The notes beneath the pieces were generated by a model, which saw only the letters and a program-made list of their open reading frames with translations, was not told where the DNA came from and did no database searches. The position numbers were made by a program, and so were the translations under genes. Below are positions 12,702 to 25,120 of a stretch of DNA of 64,000 nucleotides, in pieces (position 1 is the stretch's first letter; every line of letters starts with the position of its first letter). The stretch spans positions 8,370,001 through 8,434,000 of the forward strand of contig OZ024757.1 of the NCBI GenBank assembly GCA_964016885.1, in the 5' to 3' direction. The stretch is from Eledone cirrhosa. Its lineage: Eukaryota.

Positions 12702-15700
12702 ATCATCATCATCGTTATCATTTAACGTCTATCTTCAACGCTAGCATGGGTTAGACGGGAATTGTCCTACTTCAAGCAAGATTGATAGGGTGACCATGTC
12801 TCGCTCGTATAGGACTGTATCTGGCAGGTTTTCTACAGCTGGATGCCCTTCCTAACACCAACCACATTTCCAGTGTGGACTGGGAGTCTTTTCATCATGA
12901 CACCTACATGACCTCTTTAGTTTGGACTGGATGTTGTAGTACCAACATAACTTTACAGAGACAGGGTGGTGTTGGTGTGAGGAGGAGGATAGAGTAGGGG
13001 TTGTGGGTTGGGTGTATATTTGGTTATGAGTGGCCTACTGACTGTAGGTTAACTTTGCACGTAGGGAAGGCAGGTCTTCTCTGTTACTGTGTGGGGCCAA
13101 AGATCTCGATCCAGTGACATTGTCTAAGAGAGGTGTAAGTGTGCAAAGTTGGATTTTATGTCGTCGCAGGTTTTTCTGGATCTACCTACTCCATAACTTC
13201 AATCAATTTTGATCACCCTGCACATTTTTTATAAAGCTGTTATCTTTCATGCGCATCACATGACCATACCAACGTAGTCTTCTCTCAAGTAAACAGCATC
13301 TGATCCCTCTTATTCCTAATTATCACTTAGTTCGTTTATGTTTTGCCATTTATGTATATTACAATTACACGTCCAATGTAGCATGCATGCTTTGTTCCTT
13401 TCCAATCTGTGCAGGTCCTCTGCACACAATGCCCATGTCTCACTGCCATGTAACATTGTTGTTCATATGCACGCATCATACAATCTGCCTTTCATTTTTA
13501 GAGAGAAACTTTTTGTGTCTAGCAGCGGTATTAGCTCTCTGAACTTTTTCCATCCTGTTCTAACTCAGACTACTACACTTTCAGAGCACCCTCCACCACC
13601 GCTGATTTTGTCACCCAGGCAACGGAAAGCGTCCACTATTTCTATAGAACTATCTGGGCAGTAGAAGGTGCTAGTATCCTGTGGGTACTTGCTGCTTATT
13701 TCACATGAGCATCGGCCACATATAAAATCTACATTCTTAGATAGCTTACCTGTGATCTCACTACATCTTTTATGTACCCATAGTTTGCATTTGGGACATA
13801 GAACGGAATTTCTACCTACTCCTTTCCTACACACTGAGCATGGCACCAGTGCCCTATTTTCTTTTCTACATACTAGACCTTTAGTCTTAGACAAGTTAAC
13901 TTTAAGGCCTTTTCATTCATGCCTCCATTTTTGGAATTTCTTCTCTAGTTCAGCCATAGATTCAGCTATGAGAGTTAGATCATCTGCATATAGAAGTTCC
14001 CATGGGCTGCTGGTCTTAAACCCTTCGGTTATAGCCTGAATGGCAATAATAAACAGGAGGAAGCTAAGGATGGGGCCTTGCTGAACACCTACTATTACAC
14101 TATATTCATTGTTAATTCTAACATTGCTGACAGTTTCTTTATACATGGCTTGTATAGCTCTCACAAGCCATTCATCTCCTCCTACTTTTCTAAGGGCCCA
14201 CCAGATACTGGAGTGGGGGATTCTGTCAAAGGCTTTCTCCAAGTCAACAAAAGCTAAGTAGGGGTTTACTTTTAGCTACTTCTATTGTAGTTGCTGTACA
14301 AGGAAAAAAAGCATCTGTGGTACTTTTACCTGCCACGAACCCAAACTACATTTCATCTAGATCAATTTGGTCTCTGATTAGTTGTGTAATAACTTTTTCT
14401 GTGACCTTCATGACCTGGTCAACTAACTTAATGATTCTATAGTTTCCCCTATCTAGAGCATCCCCTTTACCCTTGTAGCATTTAATGATGATGCTTCTAC
14501 GCCAGTCATCTGGTATGACCCCATTGTGTATTACTTGGTTTACTATCTGGGTGACCATAGCATGTCCCACCATTCCAGATGCTTTCAACATCTCAACAAC
14601 TATCTCTGAAGGCCCAGCTGCCTTGCCCATCTTCATATCTTTGATTGCCTTACTTACTATACTACCATTAACTTGCACCGCTGGTCCCTCTATTGGATCA
14701 ATTTGGGGTAGACTATCTTTTTCCCATTTATTCTCCTCATTTAGTAGTCTCTTGTAGTGAAACTTCCAAGCTACCTTCTTATCAGTATCAGTGAGGGCAA
14801 GTACACCATCATCATCATTACGGACACACTTCTCCCTGACAAAATCATGGATTTCCTTGACACTTTGTTTAGCGATCCTGAACACCTCACGTTTTTGGTC
14901 CTCACGTTGTAGAATATGCTTGAACTTTCTATCCTCTGCTTCCCTCCTTGCAAGGTACACTTGTCTCCTAGCTTCCCTTCTGGCCACTTGATAGTGTTCT
15001 CTACTTCCCCCATACTTTCCAAGCCTGCTTTTGGCCCTGATTGACTCCTCCACCTTACTGTTCCACCACCAAGTTACTCTCCTCCTGCCTATAGGTCTGC
15101 TCCAGCAACAGATTTCATCTGTCGCCTTCGGTAGGTTAACTTTCAAGAATACCCACTGTTCCTCTATATTGTATGTCTCTAATTGCACCTCTTTACTGTC
15201 AAAAGCATTAACTAATATGCTTTTAATTTTGTTACTGGCTATGAGGTCCTTCAACTTCCATATCCTTCTCCTCAAGGTAGTCCTCCTCTGTCATCGAGTA
15301 CGTCTAGTCCTGACTGTGAGGTCACGTTGGGAGGTGCATTCTTCACAGGGGAGGGACTTAGTGTTTACAACAGACACTGTCACACCTTCTAGTAAGGTTA
15401 TAATATATCTGGCTGGCATGTTCCCCTGATCTACAGGTGATCAAGTCATTGTCTCGTTTTTTGAAGTTTGTGTTACAGATAGTTAGGTTATTAGCGTCAC
15501 AGAATTCCAGGATTCTGGAGCCTTCCTCAATTCTAGTACCAAACCCATAGCCTCCATGGATTCCATCATAGCCATCTCTATGTTGTCCAATGTGACCATT
15601 TAGGTCACCAGCAATAATTATGTAGTCGCTGTTTGTTATTTGGGAGGAAGTGAGCATTAGCAAATCATAGAACCTGTCTTTTATTACGTCAGGTAGACCA

Positions 15701-15900
15701 GATTGGGGTGCATAAGCGGATATTATTGTCATAGTTGTTCTATTTAGGCCTGGACTTATTTTAATTATTCTGTCAATCACTCTATTTACGGTAATTACCT
15801 TATCTACCCATTTCTCTGCTAAAACAAGCCAGCCCATTGTCATTCTCCACCCAGAAAAGTTTATAGCATTGTTTATACCCACACACCCCTCCACCTACTC
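12702..15900 (-). mobile_element. Degenerate RTE-clade LINE (APE, RT, Cys-rich insert, 3' UTR, (GAT)n tail)
   Basis: Fragments encode SAYAPQ and AGDLNGHIG (APE), YKGKGDAL.RGNYR, EKAFDR and LLYADDL (RT), and CSVCRKGVGRNS. There are many stops and frameshifts. Confidence 0.92.
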
Positions 15901-16004
15901 TCTTGAATATATATATATATCATCATCATCATCGTTTAATATCTATCTTCCACGCTAGCATGGGTTTAGACAGGAATTGTCCCACTTGAGGCAAGATTGG
16001 TCGT

Positions 16005-16592
16005 CTTTATTCCGATTTGCATAAATAACATTATTTTACATAACTGTTCATATTAAAACAAAACACATTAAAGGTAATAAAATATTTAAGTAATGGAAAA
16101 AAAAAACAAATCACGCAATGAAAATAATGGGAGAGGGACAGACTTCATATTTCAGTCTGAGCTGTGATTCAGCCCCACACTACAGACAAAATGACAAAGG
16201 TGTTACCACAGAGAATAGCCAGAGACACCCACTACAACATACACCCCACCTCATGGGACTCCTTCCTCAAGGGGGCTGCTGTCTTTCTAATTTTGAGAAG
16301 GAAATCAGCAGTGTGGGGACAAAGAGGAAGTGGTTTTTCAGGCCCCGGTATTTAACTATCTTCCTCTTCTCTCTATTGCAGGTAGTAAAGCCTGGGTTTG
16401 AGGCCGAAGTGAAAAGGTTGGAGGCAGGGAATGATCCAACTCATGCTAAACCTCCAACTAAAGCTGATACTTGTATTTTCCAGCTGTGGGGATTAGAGAC
16501 ATGTGGAATGATGTGTCTTGCTTAAGGACACAATGTACCTCCAAAGCTGAGAATTGAAAACATGATATTGCGATATGCTGTATGACTTCACT
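16005..16592 (+). repeat. Paralog of 11515-12207 (continues at 18643-18870 beyond the RTE insertion); includes a second old CRE-like fragment at 16190-16450
   Basis: The sequences are collinear and highly similar (for example GACAAAGGTGTTACCACAGAGAATAGCCAGAG in both). Confidence 0.9.
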
Positions 16593-18642
16593 CATCATCA
16601 TCATCACCGTTTTACGTCCGTTCTTCCATGCTAGCTTGGGTTAGATGGGTTGTCCTGTTGTGGGCAGTGTCTGGTCGGCTGACCATGCCTTGCTCATACA
16701 GGAACTGATTTTGGCTTCATTTCTACAGCTGGATGCCCTTCCTAACACCAATCTCATTTACAGTGAGTGCTGGGTGCTTTTTCCGTGGCGCCTACACGTC
16801 CACTTTACAGTGTGGGCTAGGTGCTTTTTTGCTGTGACACCTCCACGACCACCTTGCAGTGGGAGGGTGTGGGGGCATATTGTCTATATGCTTCAGCATG
16901 TACCCATGGGAGATCGGGTACTCTGTATTACTGCGTGACGCCAGAGGTCACGGTCGTGTGTCATCACGTTTGAGAGGTGTAATTGGGTAAGGTCGGCTTT
17001 TATCACCTCATCCCAGGTCTTCTTGGGTCTCCCCACCCCGCAGTTTCCATTGACTTCTAGTGCTCTGCACCTTTTTATGCAGCTGTCATCCTTCATACGC
17101 ATCACATGTCCATACCAACGCAACCGCCTCTCCTGCACACAGCATTTGATTCCTCTTATGCTCAGTCTCTCTCTCAATTCATTTATGCTTTATCGTTCGT
17201 GTATATTACTATTACACATCCATCAGAGCATGCAGGCTTCGTTACTTTCTAATCTATGTAAGTCTTCTGCCTTCAGCACCCAGGTCTCACTACCATGCAA
17301 CATCGCTGTTCGGATACACGCATCATACAGTCTGCCTTTCATTTTGAGGGAGAAGCCTTTTGCAGCTAGCAGTGGCAGTAGTTCCCTGAACTTCTTCCAT
17401 CCCGTTCTTACCCTAGTTATTGTACTTTCTGAACACCCACCTCCGCTGCTAATTCGGTCACCTAGGTAGCAGAAGCTGTCTACTGTTTCTACAGGGCCCT
17501 CCCAGAGATTGGTGGTACTTGTTTCCTGTGGCTGTTTGCTGCTTGCTGTCCCAGCACAGTTACTGTATGTGAAGCCTACATTCTTAATTAAGCTTCCTGA
17601 GATCCCGCTACATCTCTTGTGTACCCATTGTTTGCATTTGGGGCAGAGAATGGAGTTCCTACCTACACCTTTCCTACATACTGAGCAAGGCCATTTCCAT
17701 GAGGGGATCTGGGTCCTGTTTTCTCGTCTACTTACAAGGACCTTAGTCTTTGTCATGTTGACTTTGTGACCCTTTCTTTCTAGTCCCTGCTTCCAAGTTT
17801 GGAATTTCTTCTCTAGTTCTACCATAGATTCAGCTATAAGTGCGAGGTCATCAGCATACAGGAGTTCCCATGGGCATCCAGTCTTAAACTCCTCCGTTAT
17901 TGCCTGCAGGACTATGATGAACAGGAGAGGGCTAAGAACAGAGCCCTGGTGGAAACCAACCTGTACGCTAAATTCCTCGCTATACTCATTTTTAATCATA
18001 ACTTTGCTGACTGCTCCCCTATACATGGCTTGTAAGGCTTTCACAAGCCATTCATCTACTCCTAGTTTTCTAAGAGCCCACCAGATTACAGCACGTGGAA
18101 CTCTGTCAAAAGCTTTCTCGAAATCGACGAATGCCAGGTAGAGTGGCTTACTTTTAGCTAGGTACTTTTCCTGTAACTGCCTGACAAGGAAAAGGGCATC
18201 AGTGGTGTCTCTTCCTAGTACAAACCCAAATTGCATCTCATCTAGTTTCACCCGGTCCCTAATCAACTATGATATAACTCTTTCTGTTACTTTCATGACC
18301 TGGTCCATCAGCTTTATACCTCTATAGTTTCCTAGATCTAGTGCATCACCTTTACCTTTGTAGCAGTTGACAATGATGCTACTGCACCAATCTTTTGGTA
18401 TGACACCTTCTAGTATTACCTGGTTAACAATACGTGTGGTTATAGTGTGACCTACAGACCCAGATGCCTTCAGCATCTCGGCAGCTATACCCGATGGACC
18501 GGTTGCCTTCCCCATCTTCATATTTTTGATTGCCTTACTTACTACGCTGCTGCTGACTTGTACTGTTGGCCCCTCTATAGAGTCTACTTGAGGTAGGGTC
18601 TCTTCTTCCCATGCATTCTCCTCATTTAGTAATCTATAATAA
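16593..18642 (-). mobile_element. 5'-truncated RTE-clade LINE with TTCACT target-site duplication
   Basis: ORFs 18267-18713, 17223-18266 and 16893-17177 give the RT (FVDFEKAFDRV, HQGSVLSPLLF, LLYADDL) and C-terminus (RRLRWYGHV, GRPKKTW). TTCACT occurs at 16587 and 18643, and the empty paralogous site is at 12202. Confidence 0.95.
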
Positions 18643-19164
18643 TTCACTATAAAATATATATGTATTTGTATACATATATATAAGCATATATTTGTGTGTA
18701 TACATTGTCTCATTCCATGAGAGTAACTTGGTCAGCCTATGACCTCTTCAGCCGAACATTGTATATAAATATACATGTTTGTCAGTGTGTGTGTACATAT
18801 GTATATATAATGTTGTCAAAACTTCTATATACATGATATTTCATATTGTCCAATATATATAGACCATATAGAATACTGTCCAAAGGAATGGGTGAAACAG
18901 CTTGACCTCAGTGATGTCACAGCTCATCATCATTTAATGTCCAGTTTCCCTGCTAGCAAGGGTTAGACAGGTTGTCTTCAAAGACCAAGGTGGGGTTGGG
19001 GTCCTCCTTTCAGTTACATATGGTCACACCTACTACTGGGTGTATTTGGTTGTGTCACCAATACTAAAGTGATTGTCATGTCCTTTACACAGCAGAAAGG
19101 TCCGCCCAACCCGTTTTCTAGCAGGTTTTCAATAGCTGAATGCCCTTCCTATCACCAATATTAT

Positions 19165-19724
19165 TCATATATACATATATATATATATGTATATATGCAC
19201 TATACAGTCTATATATAAATACACTACATATACATATATATATATATGTATATATACACTATACAGTCTATATATATACACTACATATATATATATATAT
19301 GTATCCATATATGCACTATACAGTTTATATATATATACACTACATATATATGTATGTATGTATATATGCACTATACAGTCTATATATATATACACTACAC
19401 ATATATATTTATATGTATGTATATATGCACTATACAGTCTATATATATATATATACACTACACATATATATATATGTATATATACACTATACAGTCTATA
19501 TATATATACACTACATATATATATATATACTACATATATATATATATATGTATATATACACTATACAGTCTATATATATATATACACTACACACATATAT
19601 ATATGTATATATGCACTATACAGTCTATATATATACACTACATATATATATATATATGTATATATGCACTATACAGTCTATATATATATATATATATATA
19701 CACACTATACAGTCTATATATATA

Positions 19725-19816
<92 letters not shown>

Positions 19817-20391
19817 GCACTATACAGTCTATATATATATACACTACATATATATATGTATATATGCACTATACAGTCTATATATATATATACACTACAC
19901 ACATATATATATATATATATATACACTATACAGTCTATATATATATACACTACACACATATATATATATATATATGTATATATGCACTATACAGTCTATA
20001 TATATATATACACTACATATATATATATATGTATATATGCACTATACAGTCTATATATATATATACACTACATATATATATATATATGTATATATACACT
20101 ATACAGTCTATATATATATATACACTAGACATATATATATATGTATATATACACTATACAGTCTATATATATATACACTACATATATATATATATACTAC
20201 ATATATATATATATATGTATATATACACTATACAGTCTATATATATATATACACTACACACATATATATATGTATATATGCACTATACAGTCTATATATA
20301 TACACTACATATATATATATATATGTATATATGCACTATACAGTCTATATATATATATATATATATACACACTATACAGTCTATATATATA

Positions 20392-20449
<58 letters not shown>

Positions 20450-22270
20450 GCACTATACAGTCTATATATATATACACTACATATATATATGTATATATGC
20501 ACTATACAGTCTATATATATATATATACACTACACACATATATATATATATATATACACTATACAGTCTATATATATATACACTACACACATATATATAT
20601 ATATATATGTATATATGCACTATACAGTCTATATATATATATACACTACATATATATATATATGTATATATGCACTATACAGTCTATATATATATATACA
20701 CTACATATATATATATATATGTATATATACACTATACAGTCTATATATATATATACACTACACATATATATATATGTATATATACACTATACAGTCTATA
20801 TATATATACACTACATATATATATGTATATGTATATATACACTATACAATCCATATATATATATATACACTACACATATATATATATGTATATATGCACT
20901 ATACAGTCTATATATATATACACTACATATATATATATATGTATATATACACTATACAGTCTATATATATACACTACACACATATATATATGTATATATG
21001 CACTATACAGTCTATATATATACACTACATATATATATATATGTATATATACACTATACAGTCTATATATATATATATATACACTACACATATATATATA
21101 TATGTATATATGCACTATACAGTCTATATATATATACACTACATATATATATATATATGTATATATACACTATACAGTCTATATATATACACTACACACA
21201 TATATATATATGTATATATACACTATACAGTCTATATATATATACACTACACACATATATATATGTATATATGCACTATACAGTCTATATATATACACTA
21301 CATATATATATATATATATGTATATATACACTATACAGTCTATATATATACCTTACATATATATATATATACGTATATATGCACTATACAGTCTATATAT
21401 ATACACTACATATATATATGTATATATGCACTATACAGTCTATATATATATATACACTACACACATATATATATATATATACACTATACAGTCTATATAT
21501 ATATACACTACACACATATATATATATATATATATGTATATATGCACTATACGGTCTATATATATATATACACTACATATATATATATATGTATATATGC
21601 ACTATACAGTCTATATATATACACTACATATATATATATGTATATATACACTATACAGTCCATATATATATATATATACACTACACATATATATATATAT
21701 GTCTTTATGCACTATACAGTCTATATATATATACACTACATATATATATATATATGTATATATACACTATACAGTCTATATATATACACTACACACATAT
21801 ATATATATGTATATATACACTATACAGTCTATATATATATATACACTACACACATGTATATGTATATATACACTATACAGTCTATATATATATACACTAC
21901 ACATATATATATGTATATATACACTATACTGTCTATATACACTACACATATATATATATGTATATATACACTATACAGTCTATATATATATATACACTAC
22001 ACACATATATATTTGTATATATACACTATACTGTCTATATACACTACACATATATATATGTATATATACACTATACAGTCTATATATATACACTACACAC
22101 ATATATATATATATGTATATATACACTATACAGTCTATATATATATACACTACACACATATATATTTGTATATATACACTATACTGTCTATATACACTAC
22201 ACATATATATATATGTATATATACACTATACAGTCTATATATATACACTACACACACATATATATATGTA
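19165..22270. repeat. TA-rich minisatellite: (TA)nTG(TA)nTGCACTATACAGTC(TA)nCACTACA units of variable length
   Basis: A fixed CACTATACAGTC core recurs, separated by variable (TA)n tracts. Confidence 0.97.
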
Positions 22271-22367
22271 TAATTACCCTCCTATTCAACTGAACAATAA
22301 TATAGATACATATAAATTGATGTGAGCAACAGTTTCATATTTACAGGGTGGAATGGATGTGACATAT

Positions 22368-25120
22368 TAATAATAATAATAATGAAATTATTGTGTAAAG
22401 TGCTCAGCTGCACCACAACTCGTCAATATAGTACATAGAATAATACACAAATGTCAGGGAAGTACATGTGTGTATGTGTTAGCTGTAGTGTTGGCGGATC
22501 TCGGGAAGCATGGAGGCTTTAAAAGATGCAGTGTCTCGACAGCTCACAACTGATGCAGGTAGTTTGTTCCATGGAGGTTTTAAAGGATGCAGTGTCTCCA
22601 CAGCTAACAAGTGATGCAGGTAGTTTGTTCCATGGAGGTTTTAAAGGATGCAGTGTCTCCACAGCTAACAACTGATGCAGGTAGTTTGTTCCATGGAGGT
22701 TTTAAAGGATGCAGTGTCTCGACAGCTAACAACTGATGCAGGTAGTTTGTTCCATGGAGGTTTTAAAGGATGCAGTCACTCCACAGCTAACAACTGATGC
22801 AGGTAGTTTGTTCCATGGAGGTTTTAAAGGATGCAGTGTCACGACAGCTAGCAACTGATGCAGGTAGTTTGTTCCATGGAGGTTTTAAAGGATGCAGTGT
22901 CACGACAGCTAACAACTGATGCAGGGAGTTTGTTCCATGGAGGTTTTAAAGGATGCAGTGTCACGACAGCTAACAACTGATGCAGGGAGTTTGTTCCATG
23001 GAGGTTTTAAAGGATGCAGTCTCTCCACAGCTAACAACTGATGCAGGTAGTTTGTTCCATGGAGGTTTTAAAGGATGCAGTCTCTCCACAGCTAACAACT
23101 GATGCAGGTAGTTTGTTCCATGGAGGTTTTAAAGGATGCAGTGTCTCCACAACTAACAACTGATGCAGGGAGTTTGTTCCATGGAGGTTTTAAAGGATGC
23201 AGTGTCTCGACAGCTAACAACTGATGCAGGTAGTTTGTTCCATGGAGGTTTTAAAGGATGCAGTGTCTCCACAGCTAACAACTGATGCAGGTAGTTTGTT
23301 CCATGGAGGTTTTAAAGGATGCAGTGTCTCGACAGCTAACAACTGATGCAGGTAGTTTGTTCCATGGAGGTTTTAAAGGATGCAGTGTCTCCACAGCTAA
23401 CAACTGATGCAGGTAGTTTGTTCCATGGAGGTTTTAAAGCATGCAGTGTCTCTACAGCTAACAACTGATGCAGGTAGTTTGTTCCATGCTTCAGCAACTC
23501 TGAGCGTGAAAAAATGTTTCCGAAAGTCATGGGAACTGTGCTATTTTCTTACTTTGTGGGCATGTCCACGTGTGTTAGACACATGGAAATCAAAAAGGTA
23601 CTCAGGGTTGTTGTTGGCAATATGGTTAACAATTTTGTGGGTGTTTACCAAGTCAGTTGCCAGGCGTCGGAGCTTCAATGAATCCATGCCCACGGAAGCA
23701 AGGCGCTCAGAGTATGGTAGATGCCTGATGGAGGGTATTCGCTTGGTTGCACGTCTCTCAACAGTTTCCAGGCGGTCAATGTCCTGAGCAAAATAGGAGT
23801 TCCAGACTGGTGATGCAAATTCTAAGTGTGGTTGCACCATAGCTGTATACAGCCTTAAATAGATATCTGGAGAGCAGCTGACAAAGGTCTTGCTGAGTGA
23901 TGCTAAGACACCATCGGCCTTCTTGACAATTTTAGAGACGTGCCTCGTCCAACGCAAATCGCTGCTGACCGTAATGCCCAGGTCACGTTCACAAGAAGAC
24001 TTCTTGATATTAGTGCTGTGGAGGGAGTATGTGGACGCTGGGTTTTTACTCCCAAAATGCATGGTGGTGCACTTTTTCACAGCTAGCTTGAGTTGCCAGT
24101 CTGAGATCCATTGTTGCATTGTGTCCAGGTCAGACTGCAAACAAGATCTATAGTGTTCAGGATCTGTCCTTTTTATCTCAAGGTACAGCTTGATGTCGTC
24201 TGCATACTTTAGTACTGTGGCATTCCTTAAGTTGGCATCTATGTCATTAATATATGCCACAAACAAAAAGGGGCCAAGAACAGATCCCTGTGGTACACCA
24301 GATGACATCTCATATGGTGAGGAATGCTGTCCTAGAACCGTGACTACCTCTCTTCGACCGAGAATGAAGGACTTCAACCAGTTAAAAAGATCATCCTTCA
24401 CACCCATTGCAGAGAGTTTTGCCATAAGCCTCTTGTGTGGCTCAGAATTGAAGGCCGTCGCAAAGTCAAGGTAAACAACATCCACCCATGAGCCTCCATC
24501 AGTGATCCGGGTGATGTCCTCAAGAAACTCTATAAGTTGATCACAGCAGCTGGAGTTGGGGATAAATCCAAATTACGAGGGCCGGATAAGACTGTGAGTG
24601 CTCCAGAAGTTCCAAAGTGTTTCTCTGACACAGGATTTCATCAGTTTGGCGAGGCAACTGGTAAGACTGGCTGGACGATAGTTCACAGGTGATGTGCGGT
24701 CACCCTTTTTGAACAGAGGAATGACACTGGCAGTTTTCCACTGTTCTGGAGTAGCACTGTTGTTCAGGCAGAATTGGAAGAAGCGTGATAACTGGTGTAG
24801 AAGGAAGTACCCACCACGTTTAAGAAGCAGGTACGTAACACCATCAAGACCAGAAGAGGCATGGTTGCGTTTATTTTTCAGGTGACGTCGCAGCATTGCA
24901 GGTGTAAATTCCATGGTTGTAATAGAGTCCAGTGTCATAGGTGGTGGAGATGGTACACTCTGGTCTTCAATAGTGAAAATGCCTGCATAGCATTCAGCAA
25001 TGAGCTCTGCGCATTCCTTGGGGTCGTCAGTAACCTGGCTTGTGTGGGGATTGCGAAGAGGACCAACTGGAGAGTGAGGCCTCTACTTTGCGTGAACATA
25101 CTTCCAGAACACCTTACTGT
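22368..25120 (-). mobile_element. 5'-truncated CR1 LINE with an internal 61-bp tandem expansion
   Basis: RT ORFs 24573-24938 and 23541-24485 are homologous to the 4.9-6.6 kb region. A (TAA)n tail lies at 22368-22383. Confidence 0.95.
22510..23488. repeat. 61-bp tandem array (~16 copies) derived from the CR1 ORF2 3' end
   Basis: The unit is CATGGAGGTTTTAAAGGATGCAGTGTCTCCACAGCTAACAACTGATGCAGGTAGTTTGTTC. It is single-copy in the other two CR1 copies. Confidence 0.97.

Noticed and set aside
19140-22325. ORFs of 700-1061 aa rich in Y/I
   Set aside because: They are artefacts of the (TA)n-based repeat, open in several frames at once.
22510-23488. CRISPR-like regular array
   Set aside because: There are no unique spacers and no cas genes, and the unit is CR1 sequence. 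The 34-, 37-, 53- and 71-bp arrays likewise lack spacers.
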